DNA from: a virus
Virus record (IMG/VR): IMGVR_UViG_3300028800_000006
Coordinates: 1-64,000 of that record
Direction: 5' to 3' (one strand)
DNA length: 64,000 nt
Below the pieces are notes generated by a model. That model searched no databases. It saw only the letters and a program-made list of their open reading frames with translations, and was not told the origin of the DNA. Made by a program: the position numbers and the translations under genes. Positions within the stretch are counted from its first letter, which is position 1. Each line of letters begins with the position of its first letter. Shown here one piece after another: positions 18,537 through 28,455 of the stretch.

Positions 18537-19311
18537 AATCGTCGAGGGGGAGGCGGCGGTCGCCAACGTCTACGCACAGCCTGCCAACGTCATGCTGTAC
18601 GGGCCTCCGGGCATCGGGAAGACAACGTCGGCGATCTCGCTCTTCTGCAAGGACGGCAAGTGCAGCGCTTTCGCCATCCCGTGCGAGGATGGCGCGCTGA
18701 AGACGATCGCGTCGCTCGGTCTGCCGATCCCGTCTCACCCGAGAGAGACAGTGAAGACGTGGGGCCAGATGGTGGACACGATCGGGTGGCTGGCACAGCC
18801 GCAGAATCTCGGGCGATTCACTGGCGTGGTGCTCGACGGCTTCAGCCCCTTCGCGGCGAATCTGTACCGGGAAGCGGCAGCTTCACTGAAGGGCAACAAC
18901 AAGTTCGACATTCCTGTGATGGTCCGCAACGCCATGTTCCAGCTCCGCACGTGGTTCAGGGCGCTGGGCCTCCACTGCATCATCGTGGCGCACGCACTGC
19001 CGCCCACCGTGCAGGATGGGATCTTCTATCCGGGGCTGTTCGAGGTCGTGCCGAAGTCGATCGGCCGCATCCTGTTCGGCGAGATCGACACCGTGTTGCG
19101 CGTCGACTACGTCACGCCTGGGATTGGCCAGAAGCCGGTTCGTGTGTTCTTCACCGGTGGCGAGGAATGGCCGCTAGCGCTCGGTCCGATGCCGCCGCCC
19201 GACTGGCGTAGCTGGCTCACGAAGAACCGCGAAGGGTGCAACCAGGCTGTGGTGCCTGCTGACCTGGGCGCGTTCCTGCGCGGGCGCCGGCCAGCATATC
19301 AGGGGCTGTAG
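18526..19311 (+). CDS. AAA_24/Sak4-like ATPase
   Basis: MLYGPPGIGKTT, VVLDG, IIVAH; between nuclease and SSB-like genes. Confidence 0.8.
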   Translation: MPIEIVEGEAAVANVYAQPANVMLYGPPGIGKTTSAISLFCKDGKCSAFAIPCEDGALKTIASLGLPIPSHPRETVKTWGQMVDTIGWLAQPQNLGRFTGVVLDGFSPFAANLYREAAASLKGNNKFDIPVMVRNAMFQLRTWFRALGLHCIIVAHALPPTVQDGIFYPGLFEVVPKSIGRILFGEIDTVLRVDYVTPGIGQKPVRVFFTGGEEWPLALGPMPPPDWRSWLTKNREGCNQAVVPADLGAFLRGRRPAYQGL

Positions 19312-19364
19312 TCGTGACCGAATCACAACGCCGCGTGTGCGAAAGCGTGAAAAGGAGATCCGAC

Positions 19365-19469
19365 GTGCCGAAAGCGAAGAAGACGAAGAAGACCGAGCCC
19401 AAGAAGAAGCGCGGGAAGTGCACCAACTGCCGACGTGTCGGCCACAACAAACGCACCTGCCCGAACTAG
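19365..19469 (+). CDS. 34-aa basic CCHC zinc-knuckle microprotein (not in ORF track)
   Basis: AGGAG RBS, GTG start; MPKAKKTKKTEPKKKRGKCTNCRRVGHNKRTCPN contains CX2CX4HX4C. Confidence 0.72.
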   Translation: MPKAKKTKKTEPKKKRGKCTNCRRVGHNKRTCPN

Positions 19470-19501
19470 TCCCAACCAAACACAAGAAGGAGAAGATCAC
19501 T

Positions 19502-20446
19502 ATGTCAGCATCATTCGGAGGAGGAGCGTTTCCTGGAATGCCCGCGGCTGCGGCGCCGGGCGCACAACCACAGCAGCAGCCGGCCGGTTCCGGATTCGTT
19601 CTGGTCATCCCGCCGGACATGGACTGGCAGCCGATCGACTCCACGGACGTCCTGGAGAAGGACGGCTACTACATGGCGCGGATCAAGACGGAGAAGGCGC
19701 AGACCGGCGAGAAGGACAACCACGGCGTGTGGCTGACGCTGGAGCTGGGCGATCCCGATGTCGTCGGCAAGCAGCTGTCCAAGTTCATGGTGGACCCGCG
19801 TGCCACGAAGGGCGACACGTGGTGGACCTGGCGCTCTCTGCTGCGCTCGATCACCGGGCAGATCCAGGGGGGCCAGGCGGGCATGACGTACACGCCCGGC
19901 GCGCTGGCTGGCCAGATCGTGTACATCCGGACCGGCGCGTACATCGACAAGAAAGGTGGCACGGCCACCGGTGTCGACGCGTTCATCACGCGCCCTGAGT
20001 GGGAGGAGGCGGTCACGAAGAATACGCACCGCTGGGAGGCCAAGCCGAAGTCCCGCGGTGAGGGTGGGGGCCCGGCCGGCGCGCTGCCTGGTGCGGGGTC
20101 GAGCGCTGCCTTCCCGGGCCTCGGTAGCGGCGGCCTGCCCGGTCTGCCGAACAACCCGATGAATCCCGTGACGGCTCCGAGCGCTCCGCAGCCCGCGGCG
20201 GCAGCTCCGATGGCCCAGGCTCCTGCGGCTCCGGTCGGATTCCCCGCGGTGGCGCCTCCGGTCGCTCCGGCCGCTCCGGCGGCGCCGCAGTTCGGCGGGT
20301 TCCCGTCGGCTCCCGGATTCGGTGGTGGCTTCGCTCCTCCGGCGGCGCCTCCGGCCGCTCCGCCCGCCGCTCCGCAGCCCGGTGCCACGCAGGCGTTCCC
20401 GGGCTTCCCCGGGTTCCCCTCCGGCAACAACGGGCAGCAGCACTAG
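19502..20446 (+). CDS. Putative ssDNA-binding protein (DUF669-like) with long Pro/Ala/Gly/Phe tail
   Basis: AAGGAG RBS; DGYYMARI...WLTLEL beta core; position after Sak4-like ATPase. Confidence 0.65.
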   Translation: MSASFGGGAFPGMPAAAAPGAQPQQQPAGSGFVLVIPPDMDWQPIDSTDVLEKDGYYMARIKTEKAQTGEKDNHGVWLTLELGDPDVVGKQLSKFMVDPRATKGDTWWTWRSLLRSITGQIQGGQAGMTYTPGALAGQIVYIRTGAYIDKKGGTATGVDAFITRPEWEEAVTKNTHRWEAKPKSRGEGGGPAGALPGAGSSAAFPGLGSGGLPGLPNNPMNPVTAPSAPQPAAAAPMAQAPAAPVGFPAVAPPVAPAAPAAPQFGGFPSAPGFGGGFAPPAAPPAAPPAAPQPGATQAFPGFPGFPSGNNGQQH

Positions 20447-20537
20447 AAATCCTTCAGCTCTTCCAGGGGCGGGCGCGAAGCGACGAGGGGCGTACACCAA
20501 TCGGTGCAGACGCCCGCTCCCTGGAGGGCTGATTTCT
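20445..20537 (+). other. Long intergenic stem-loop
   Basis: AGAAATC..TCAGCTCTTCCAGGGGCGGGCG pairs with CGCCCGCTCCCTGGAGGGCTGATTTCT. Confidence 0.55.
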
Positions 20538-20554
20538 ACCTCATAGGAGATCAC

Positions 20555-20776
20555 ATGGATTTCATTCATCCGGACACGTGGCGACCGATTCGCCAGCTGG
20601 TGCTCGATGCGATTCCAAAAAGCGGAGAGGGCATCACATATCGCGCGCTCTTACGTGCTGTATGCATGGAGACGAGCGACCTGAATAGAGTAGTGGCCAC
20701 GCTGCGCGAGGAGGGCGTGGTCACGGTCATCCACAACGGGGGCGCTCATCTTGTCCAAACGGAGACCACTACATGA
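20555..20776 (+). CDS. Small winged-helix protein
   Basis: AGGAGA RBS; GITYRALL..DLNRVVATLREEGVV. Confidence 0.65.
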   Translation: MDFIHPDTWRPIRQLVLDAIPKSGEGITYRALLRAVCMETSDLNRVVATLREEGVVTVIHNGGAHLVQTETTT

Positions 20777-21507
20777 GCTTTCTCGTTTTCGACATCGAGA
20801 CCATTCCTGACCGCGAGTTGTGGAAGCCGGAGGAGGCGCCCAAGAAGCGCGGTGCTAAAGCAGACGACACGCCGTTCGCTCCGCACTACGCGCACATTCC
20901 CATCGCGATCGGCTTCGCGCTGCTCTCCGATGACCTGGAGCTGCAGACGATGGGCGTGGCCGGCACGATCACATTCGGCACGAATGAGGCGGCCCTGATC
21001 GGCGCCTTCCACACGTTCGCCGCACAGGCTGATCCTGTGCTGGTGACGTACAACGGCCGGGGCTTCGATCTGCCTGTGCTGTCGCTGCGCAGCTTCAGGC
21101 ACGGAATCCCGCAAGGCTGGTACAGCCCCCAGCACCGCAAGCGGTACTCGGAGGAGCGGCACATCGACATCATGGAGCAGTTGACTGAGTACGGAGCCAT
21201 TCCGTTCAAGGGGCTGTCGCTCGATCAGGTGTGCAAGCTCATCGGCCTGCCGGGAAAACTCGGCTTCGACGGCTCGATGGTCGCGGCGGCATTCGCGAAC
21301 GGCAAGGCCAAGGAGATCGAGACGTACTGCAGCCACGACGTCGCGCAGACGACGCTGGTGCTCATGCGCTACATGCTCATGCGGGGGCGCATTTCGGTCG
21401 TGCGCTACCAGCAGGTGGCCGAGGTGTTCCTGAACGCGTGCGGGGGGCGTGGGATGGAATTCGTCGAGAAGGTCGATCGGAAGCGCTTGCTGCTGCAGGA
21501 GGGGTGA
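20773..21507 (+). CDS. PolB-type 3'-5' exonuclease
   Basis: VFDIETIPD, LVTYNGRGFDLPVL, YCSHDV. Confidence 0.9.
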   Translation: MSFLVFDIETIPDRELWKPEEAPKKRGAKADDTPFAPHYAHIPIAIGFALLSDDLELQTMGVAGTITFGTNEAALIGAFHTFAAQADPVLVTYNGRGFDLPVLSLRSFRHGIPQGWYSPQHRKRYSEERHIDIMEQLTEYGAIPFKGLSLDQVCKLIGLPGKLGFDGSMVAAAFANGKAKEIETYCSHDVAQTTLVLMRYMLMRGRISVVRYQQVAEVFLNACGGRGMEFVEKVDRKRLLLQEG

Positions 21508-21704
21508 TGGCCAAGGCGGAACCCACACTGACCACCACGTCTGTGCCCTCGACAGGCCGTGTCGTGGTCATCATGTGCAAGAGTGAGAAGAAGCCGCGTG
21601 AGCATCGATTCACGCGGCCCATCACCGAGCACGGCAGCACCCAGCTCTTCTTCGCGTGCTGCGTGTGCGAGGAAGAGCGCGTCTACGGAGTGAACGGCGG
21701 CTGA
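21507..21704 (+). CDS. Small zinc-ribbon-like protein
   Basis: C..H..CCVC; TGATG coupling. Confidence 0.55.
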   Translation: MAKAEPTLTTTSVPSTGRVVVIMCKSEKKPREHRFTRPITEHGSTQLFFACCVCEEERVYGVNGG

Positions 21705-21735
21705 TGGCCATCGACGGCTGCATATCAGGTGACCG

Positions 21736-22386
21736 ATGGTAGCCGTCATTGACTTGACCGGTCATAGGTACGGGCGCCTGACTGTGCTAGAGCGCGCTGG
21801 CTCTATTCGGAATAAAGCACGCTGGCGCTGCGTGTGCGCTTGCGGGAAGACTGTTCTTTGCGACAGCAACAGCTTGCGCGAGAAGCACACCACATCCTGC
21901 GGCTGTCGCAGTCGTGAATCGGCACGTGAGCGCCTGCGATCTGCAATGACTCGTCATGGTGAGAACGCTGGAGGAGTACGAACACACGAGTACAAGACAT
22001 GGTGTCGAATGATTGCGCGCTGTGAAGACAAGGAGCGAAAACACTACGGCGCAAAGGGAATCGCTGTTCATCCTGCGTGGCGGTCAGACTTTCTTTGCTT
22101 CCTTGCCTATATCGGGCGTGCGCCGAGCAAGCACCACACGATCGACCGGATTGAAAACGCCAAGGGATACGAGCCCGGAAACGTTCGCTGGGCTACACAG
22201 AAGGAGCAGGGGAGAAACAAAACAAACAACCATCTGCTTACTGTCGGTGGAGAGACCGCGCCGCTCGTCGTTTGGGCTGAGCGTACAGGGCTGACGTTGG
22301 ATGCACTCAGCCACAGACTGCGGCTTGGCTGGTCTCCATTGCGGGCTGTTACAACGCCACGGAGGAGCTATGTTCGACGCAAATGA
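21736..22386 (+). CDS. HNH-type homing endonuclease
   Basis: DLTGHRYGRLTV, WRCVCACG, TTSCGC, TIDRIENAKGYEPGNVRWAT. Confidence 0.88.
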   Translation: MVAVIDLTGHRYGRLTVLERAGSIRNKARWRCVCACGKTVLCDSNSLREKHTTSCGCRSRESARERLRSAMTRHGENAGGVRTHEYKTWCRMIARCEDKERKHYGAKGIAVHPAWRSDFLCFLAYIGRAPSKHHTIDRIENAKGYEPGNVRWATQKEQGRNKTNNHLLTVGGETAPLVVWAERTGLTLDALSHRLRLGWSPLRAVTTPRRSYVRRK

Positions 22387-24814
22387 TCCTCCTGGTCCGC
22401 AGCATGCGTGGGCGATGGCGGCGGGTGCGCAGTGCGAGCGCTGTGAACTTAGGAATTCAGGCCGTGGCCCTGTTCCACCGACGCTCCCACCGGGTGGCTA
22501 CGATCTGATCGTCATCGCAGAAGCGCCAGGGCACAACGAAGTGGCTGAGGGACGAACACTTGTGGGTGCGTCAGGAAAAGAAATACGGACTGCACTGCAG
22601 TCGGCAGGAGCGGATTTGACCCGAGTTGGCTTCACGAATAGTGCCCTCTGCATGCCTGATGTTGATATGAAGAAGCACATCCAGAAGTGCCGGCGGGCGA
22701 AGGTCCCGAATGTGATCGAGTGCTGCCGCCCGCGGCTCCGCGCCGAGCTGTCCCGGGCCAAGTTCGCGATCTTGATGGGCAGCGCTTCGATGGCTGGCGT
22801 CGAGATCCACGGCTCGGTCATGGAGATGCGCGGCATGCCGGCGCAGATTCCGAACGGCCCCCGAGCTGTGCCGATCACCCACGCGGCCTACGTTCTCCGC
22901 GAGGAGGGCCGGCGCATGCGGCCGATCTTCCACGCTGACGTGAAGAAGGCTGTGCGGATCAGCCGAGGCGGAGATACGTGGCGAGATCCGGCGTACTTTA
23001 TCCCGACGACGGCGGATCAGGTCGTCAACTTCTTGCGGGCCCATCCGGGCCGGCTGGCAGTTGACGTCGAGACGGACGGGAAGGACCCCTGGACGTGCAA
23101 CCTGCGCCGCATTGGCATCGGCAACGCCAGCGAGGTGATGATCTACTCGCCGCTGTCGGTGAAGGGGCACTGGATGCTACCGCCGCACGAGATACAAGCG
23201 CAGAGCCGGGCCATCGCTGCTCACTTCCAGCAGGCTCCGCGGCTCGATCTGCACAACGGCATCGCGTACGACTCGATCGTGCTGTGGCGGCACGGGATGC
23301 CTTTGGTGGACGCGAAGGTGTTCGACACGCTGGTGGCGCACCAGATCGGCATCACGTCCGAGCTGCCGCACAAGCTCGACTTCCTGGGCTCGATGTACAC
23401 CGACGTCCGCTACTGGAAGAAGGACGTGAAGCACAGCGAGGTGAAGGACGACGCCACCCTCGACAAGTACCTGTCGTTCGACATTGGAGTCACCTGGACG
23501 TCGGCGCCGTACGTCGAGCAGAACTTGAGGGGGGCCGCACAGGAGCACATCTACGCCATCGATTCCGAGCTGTTCCGCATCGGGCGCTCGATGTCAGCAC
23601 TTGGTGTGGGGGTTGATCGGGAGAAGCAGCTGGCGTTCGCGACGGAGTATCAGAAGCGCTCAAACGAGCTGCTGCTGGAGTTCCAGACGATTGCTGGCAC
23701 CGACGTGAACCCGAACTCGGTGCCTCAGATGAAGAAGCTGCTCTACGAGACGCTCGGGCTGCCGATCCTCGAAGAGCACATGACGGAGTCCGGAGAGCCG
23801 TCCACCGCAGAGCCCGTGCTGCTGGAGCTGCTCGGGATGGGGCTCGACCCTCGGGGGGAGAAGATCATCCACGCCTTGCTGGGTGTGCGCGAGGCGGAGA
23901 AGCTGCTCGGCACGTACACGGGGCACGTGGAGGACGGCAAGATCGTGGGCGGCCCGCTCATCCATGCCGACGGACGCGTGCGCACGACGTGGCGGCCGGG
24001 GAAGACGTCGGGCCGGTGGGGCAGCTCGGACCCGCTCAACATGCAGAACGTGCCCAAGAAGCTGCGGGCGATGTTCGTGCCGGCGCCGGGCAACATCTTC
24101 GTCGCGGCTGACATGAGCGCGGTCGAGCTTCGGATGATCGCGCTCCTGGCCGGAGACGAGCAGCTCATCGAGGCGTTCAAGGCGTTCGACGAGAAGCGCG
24201 GCCCAGACGTGCACATCTTCAACGCGTGTGGCCTATTCCGCTGCCGGCCCGAGGACGTCACCGACGAGATCCGGAACTTCGTCAAGCGGTTCGTCTACGC
24301 GCTCAACTACGACGCGCAGCCACCCACTATCTACCAGACGCTGTCGTTGCTGCGCGACGACAAGCTGCGCCCGTTGTTCCCGCACCTGACGCTGCCCGAG
24401 GTCGAGCGGACCTACAACGCGTGGTGGAAGCTGCACCCGTCGATTCCGGACTGGAAGAAGCGGCTCATCCAGAGCTGGCGCGCCCGAGGCTACATCGCGA
24501 CGGAGTACCACAAGCGCAAGCGGTTCTTCATCGGCGGCGAGAGCGCGACTGAAATGGGGAACCTGCCCATCCAGGGGGCCTCGGCCGATCTGCAGAATGA
24601 CGCCATCCGGGCCGTGGTCTCGATGTACCCGTTCAACTTTGAGAAGCGCCGCGGGCTCAGCATCAACGGCCACGATCAGATCGTCGTGGAGTGTGGGGAA
24701 GATGAGGCGGAGGACGTGAAGCGTATCATCCAGGTGGCCATGCAGAAGCGGATAGGGGCGATGCTATTTCCCGCGGAACCGAAAGCTGCGAAGGACTGGA
24801 AAAGCGCGAGTTGA
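22370..24814 (+). CDS. polA: Family A DNA polymerase with N-terminal uracil-DNA-glycosylase-like domain and 3'-5' exonuclease
   Basis: UDG: CERC, AEAPG, VGASG, TNSALC, HAAYVLR; exo: DVETDG, HNGIAYD; pol: SGRWGS, NMQNVP, ADMSAVELR, KRFVYALNY, NLPIQG, HDQ. Confidence 0.93.
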   Translation: MFDANDPPGPQHAWAMAAGAQCERCELRNSGRGPVPPTLPPGGYDLIVIAEAPGHNEVAEGRTLVGASGKEIRTALQSAGADLTRVGFTNSALCMPDVDMKKHIQKCRRAKVPNVIECCRPRLRAELSRAKFAILMGSASMAGVEIHGSVMEMRGMPAQIPNGPRAVPITHAAYVLREEGRRMRPIFHADVKKAVRISRGGDTWRDPAYFIPTTADQVVNFLRAHPGRLAVDVETDGKDPWTCNLRRIGIGNASEVMIYSPLSVKGHWMLPPHEIQAQSRAIAAHFQQAPRLDLHNGIAYDSIVLWRHGMPLVDAKVFDTLVAHQIGITSELPHKLDFLGSMYTDVRYWKKDVKHSEVKDDATLDKYLSFDIGVTWTSAPYVEQNLRGAAQEHIYAIDSELFRIGRSMSALGVGVDREKQLAFATEYQKRSNELLLEFQTIAGTDVNPNSVPQMKKLLYETLGLPILEEHMTESGEPSTAEPVLLELLGMGLDPRGEKIIHALLGVREAEKLLGTYTGHVEDGKIVGGPLIHADGRVRTTWRPGKTSGRWGSSDPLNMQNVPKKLRAMFVPAPGNIFVAADMSAVELRMIALLAGDEQLIEAFKAFDEKRGPDVHIFNACGLFRCRPEDVTDEIRNFVKRFVYALNYDAQPPTIYQTLSLLRDDKLRPLFPHLTLPEVERTYNAWWKLHPSIPDWKKRLIQSWRARGYIATEYHKRKRFFIGGESATEMGNLPIQGASADLQNDAIRAVVSMYPFNFEKRRGLSINGHDQIVVECGEDEAEDVKRIIQVAMQKRIGAMLFPAEPKAAKDWKSAS

Positions 24815-24817
24815 GTC

Positions 24818-25552
24818 ATGTGTGTATTCTGTGAACCGCTTCTTGTTCGTGTGAAGAATCGACGGTGCATCCGCGATCGATTCTGGGACCACGTCAGAAA
24901 GACGAAAAACCACTGGATCTGGACTGGGCAGAGAGATCGAAAGGACTACGGAAGACTGCGCATCAGTGGTGAGCGTCCACGCGTTGTTCTTGCCCACCGA
25001 TTGTCTTGGGCCATCGCACGCGGAGGGTGGCCACCTGACGATCGCCTTGTTTGTCACAAGAACAAATGCAACACGCCACATTGCGTTCGCCCGACGCACT
25101 TGTATCTAGGTACGTACCTGTCCAACAACAGAGATACTGTGGCTATCGGGCATCACCGTCGCGCGGCTCCCGGCGCACGCCACCACAACGCAGTATTGAC
25201 GGCACGGGATGTGCGCCGTCTGTTTGCGCTTTCTTCGGCGGGGGCGCTGCAGCGTGAGCTGGCCGAGCGCTTCGGTGTTAAACAGCAGACGATAGGTGAC
25301 ATTTTGCGGGGGAAGAAGTGGCGGCACTTGGCGAGGCCGTGCTGGTATTCAGATCGACGGACAGGGCGGTACACACTGCGAATCGGAAACCGCACCCTTG
25401 GACGTGTGCGCCGCATTCAGACACACGTGTGGGAGGCACGCGTGTCTGGCCGGGCGTCGACACAGCAAGCGCTGCACAAGGCAAAGCGATCCGTGGAGGC
25501 GTGCACGCGTAAACTGCATGCACATCGTAGCAGCAGAGGAAACACCCTATGA
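24818..25552 (+). CDS. HNH endonuclease with HTH
   Basis: LAHRLSW, VCHKNKCNTPHCVRPTHL..GT..NNRD; QRELAERFGV. Confidence 0.85.
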   Translation: MCVFCEPLLVRVKNRRCIRDRFWDHVRKTKNHWIWTGQRDRKDYGRLRISGERPRVVLAHRLSWAIARGGWPPDDRLVCHKNKCNTPHCVRPTHLYLGTYLSNNRDTVAIGHHRRAAPGARHHNAVLTARDVRRLFALSSAGALQRELAERFGVKQQTIGDILRGKKWRHLARPCWYSDRRTGRYTLRIGNRTLGRVRRIQTHVWEARVSGRASTQQALHKAKRSVEACTRKLHAHRSSRGNTL

Positions 25553-25709
25553 AGTGCCTCCGCGCCGCTCTCCTGGTTGTTATCGAGCTGAGCGAGCTAG
25601 TCATCGAGGCTGCGTTGATCGTCTCGACTGCACACGACATCGTACAGAGCATGATGGCTGTGTCTCCACAGGAGGACAAGAAGCCGGAAGAGAGGCGGTG
25701 GGTGAACTG

Positions 25710-26042
25710 ATGGACACACCATCCCCGCTTCAGTCGGCCGCTGAGAAGCAGCAGGGGCGCGACGCTGCGCTTGCATTGCTTGAGCAGGCGCGAAGCGGGC
25801 TAATCGAGCATGCGTTCACGTGTGCGTGTCTGATCAACAGCCAGAAGGGGTCTGTGTCAGCAACCGACGTCTGGGAGGTGCTGTACGGACAGGCCAAGCT
25901 GGATGACAACCTGGCCCATTGGCTCAAGGTTGCTGATCCGCGGTGGATGGGCGCTGTATTTCGGGAGAGCCGAGGATGGACACGAGTCCGGTGGGAAGAG
26001 TCGGGGTCTCACAAACGCCCTGTTGCTGTGTGGACCCGCTGA
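25710..26042 (+). CDS. Hypothetical phage protein
   Basis: DPRWMGAVF...SHKRPVAVW. Confidence 0.7.
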   Translation: MDTPSPLQSAAEKQQGRDAALALLEQARSGLIEHAFTCACLINSQKGSVSATDVWEVLYGQAKLDDNLAHWLKVADPRWMGAVFRESRGWTRVRWEESGSHKRPVAVWTR

Positions 26043-26055
26043 GGAGAAAAACACC

Positions 26056-26319
26056 ATGAGAGTCAACATCTACAGTCAAGAGCTGACGTCCGAAGTGGTC
26101 TGTGTCGAGAAGAAGAGCAACACCGGCGTGACCTATCACGCCGCGCAACTTGTGCTCCACTCGTCGTCGATGCTGCACCACCCACCGATGGACGACGATC
26201 GGAGCGCCATCACCTTCTGGCTGCCGAAGTCACAGGCACGCCGTGAAGAGATGGCGCAGGCGTTCGAACGCATAGCGATGATCTTCCGTATCTCTCCCCC
26301 GGACAGCGGACTCGACTAG
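26056..26319 (+). CDS. Hypothetical phage protein
   Basis: GAGGAG RBS; MRVNIYSQELT...DDDRSAITFW. Confidence 0.7.
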   Translation: MRVNIYSQELTSEVVCVEKKSNTGVTYHAAQLVLHSSSMLHHPPMDDDRSAITFWLPKSQARREEMAQAFERIAMIFRISPPDSGLD

Positions 26320-26326
26320 GGAACAC

Positions 26327-26845
26327 GTGCCCTCCCAGCTCTACATCGCCTGCATCGGCTCCCGCGCTACGCCGCCGCTCGTTCTGGACTGGATGCGCCA
26401 GGCCGGCGCCCTCCTCGTGCGGGCAGGCCACCGCATCATCTCTGGCAACGCGCCTGGGGCCGATCAAGCATGGGCTGCTGGGGGCAACACGGCGGACCCG
26501 ACGCAGGTGACGCTGTGCCTTCCGTGGGCCGGGTTCGAGCAGGCCACCATCCATCCGCTGAACGGCGTCAGCGTTCTCGGGCCGATGCAGACGGACAAGC
26601 GCTACTATGACGACGCTGCGGTTAACCATCCAGACTGGAATCGAATGACGCCAGGCGGGCAGCGGCTCCATGCGCGGAACGTGATGATCGTGGACCGATC
26701 GCATCTTGTGCTGGGCTGGGTCGATGGATCAACAGGCGGGACCGCGAGCGCGTTTCGGCTGGCGCGGAAGAAAGGGATTCCTGTGACGGCGGTACATGCT
26801 GATGATGACGTGATGACGGTGGTGAAGCGGATGGTGCGGACGTGA
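26327..26845 (+). CDS. SLOG/DprA-like nucleotide-binding protein
   Basis: IGSRATP, SGNAPGADQA, HARN, GGTASA. Confidence 0.8.
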   Translation: MPSQLYIACIGSRATPPLVLDWMRQAGALLVRAGHRIISGNAPGADQAWAAGGNTADPTQVTLCLPWAGFEQATIHPLNGVSVLGPMQTDKRYYDDAAVNHPDWNRMTPGGQRLHARNVMIVDRSHLVLGWVDGSTGGTASAFRLARKKGIPVTAVHADDDVMTVVKRMVRT

Positions 26846-28455
26846 CCGTCGTATCGTTGCAAGCCGAGACATGCGCCGTGTGTGGCAGGCCGCTCACCGA
26901 TGCGCTGTCGATCGCGGCAGCTGTGGGGCCCGACTGCCGGTCCACCTACAACTACTATCCTGATCTGTTGGCGACGGACGTGCGCGTCGAGGCGAACCGG
27001 TTGCTCCACGCTATCGCCAAGAACGAGGTGGAGGGGACCAGCCTTCGCGACGTGCTCTTTCGGCTGCACGAGCTGGGCTTCGCTGTACTAGCGCAGCGTA
27101 TCGAGCGACGGGTGCACCGGCGAATCACGAGCGCGATGGCGGCGCCGAGTCTGGTAGTGCAGGCACAGGCGCCGGAAGCTCCGGCGCTGGTGAAGCTGCC
27201 GTTCATCCTGACAGAGGGACAGGATCGAGGACGTGAGGCTGTGCACCGACTGATGAGCACGCGCGGCTTCGGCATCTGCGTGCTCGCCGGTTACGCGGGC
27301 ACAGGAAAATCGACGCTACTGCGTGTGATCGGCGAGGAGTACGGATCGCGCGGAAAGCCAACGTGCATCGCACCGACAGGCAAGGCGGCGCTGCGGATTC
27401 GCGAGGCTGCTCGACTGGACGCTTCCACGATCCATCGGTGGATCTACGCGCCACAAGAAGACCCTAAGACGGGGATCATGAAGTTCATGCCTCGCCCGCT
27501 CTCTGACATCCCGCTGCCCCCGTCCCGGCTGGTTTTGCTGGACGAAGCGTCGATGGTTGGCCCTGACGTATGGAAGGATCTCTACCAGATCTGCAAGCAG
27601 CTCGATGTGAAGCTGGTCTGCGTAGGTGACGCGTTCCAGTTGCCTCCTGTGCAGGCGCCGAACGCGGCTCCGTTCTCGATCCTGTCGCCTGAGTTTGCCC
27701 GCCACCATGGAGCTGAGCGGATCGAGCTGACTGAAGTTCTGCGTCAAGCACAGGATTCACCGACCATTCGGGCTTCGATGAAGCTACGTGCCGGCGGAGG
27801 GATACGGGCACTAGACGAGCTGCAGCCTGTTGGGATCAACCGCTTTGCACACGTCGCTACGGAAGTGCATCGAAACGGCGGTGTGACGATCTGCCACAAG
27901 AACACCACGCGAGCTACGATCAATGCAGGCGTGCGGATGATGCTTGGGATCACCGACGAGAACCCGCACCCTGGCGAGCCTCTCGTGGTGCTGAAGAACA
28001 GCTATGAGGCAGGTCTCGTGAATGGCGAAGCCTTCGAATTCACTGGGTGGGAGATCGCACCAGACGTGTTCGAGCGTGTGTTCGACCGGTACAAGAACGT
28101 CGAAGAAGCTACGCGGTTTGGTTCTACTGTTGTTGGGCCTGACCGCCTGCGTGTCGTGCTGTCCCTGGAGGAGATGCACTGCCGGCTGACGGCAGGACAG
28201 CGGGCGATCGAGATCGCTGCAGGGACATGGGCTCGGGTGAACCGTGTGATGCTCGGCGACTCTGCGGCGCCGCTCCTCCACGCCAATTTCGGCTATGGCT
28301 GGACCGCGCACAAGGCGCAGGGATCGGAGTGGCCATACGTGATGGTCGTGGTCGAGCCGTCGATTCGGCTTGACGAGGATGAGGGACGTCGCTGGACGTA
28401 CACTGCGATCACGAGGTCGGTGAAAGCCACCGCTGTATTTATCGGGAGGATTTGA
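26842..28455 (+). CDS. Dda/RecD-like SF1B helicase with N-terminal DUF6011-like zinc domain
   Basis: CAVCGRPLTD..S...GPDC; GYAGTGKS, APTGKAA, DEASMV, GDAFQLPPV, TAHKAQGSEW, YTAITR. Confidence 0.92.
   Translation: MTVVSLQAETCAVCGRPLTDALSIAAAVGPDCRSTYNYYPDLLATDVRVEANRLLHAIAKNEVEGTSLRDVLFRLHELGFAVLAQRIERRVHRRITSAMAAPSLVVQAQAPEAPALVKLPFILTEGQDRGREAVHRLMSTRGFGICVLAGYAGTGKSTLLRVIGEEYGSRGKPTCIAPTGKAALRIREAARLDASTIHRWIYAPQEDPKTGIMKFMPRPLSDIPLPPSRLVLLDEASMVGPDVWKDLYQICKQLDVKLVCVGDAFQLPPVQAPNAAPFSILSPEFARHHGAERIELTEVLRQAQDSPTIRASMKLRAGGGIRALDELQPVGINRFAHVATEVHRNGGVTICHKNTTRATINAGVRMMLGITDENPHPGEPLVVLKNSYEAGLVNGEAFEFTGWEIAPDVFERVFDRYKNVEEATRFGSTVVGPDRLRVVLSLEEMHCRLTAGQRAIEIAAGTWARVNRVMLGDSAAPLLHANFGYGWTAHKAQGSEWPYVMVVVEPSIRLDEDEGRRWTYTAITRSVKATAVFIGRI

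Noticed and set aside
19395-19420. PKKKRGK resembling a eukaryotic nuclear localisation signal
   Set aside because: All other signals (RBS, sigma factor, lysins) are bacterial; best read as a basic nucleic-acid-binding patch
21736-25552. Introns or inteins associated with the HNH genes around polA
   Set aside because: polA is continuous with all motifs; the HNH genes are free-standing; no intein terminal motifs seen
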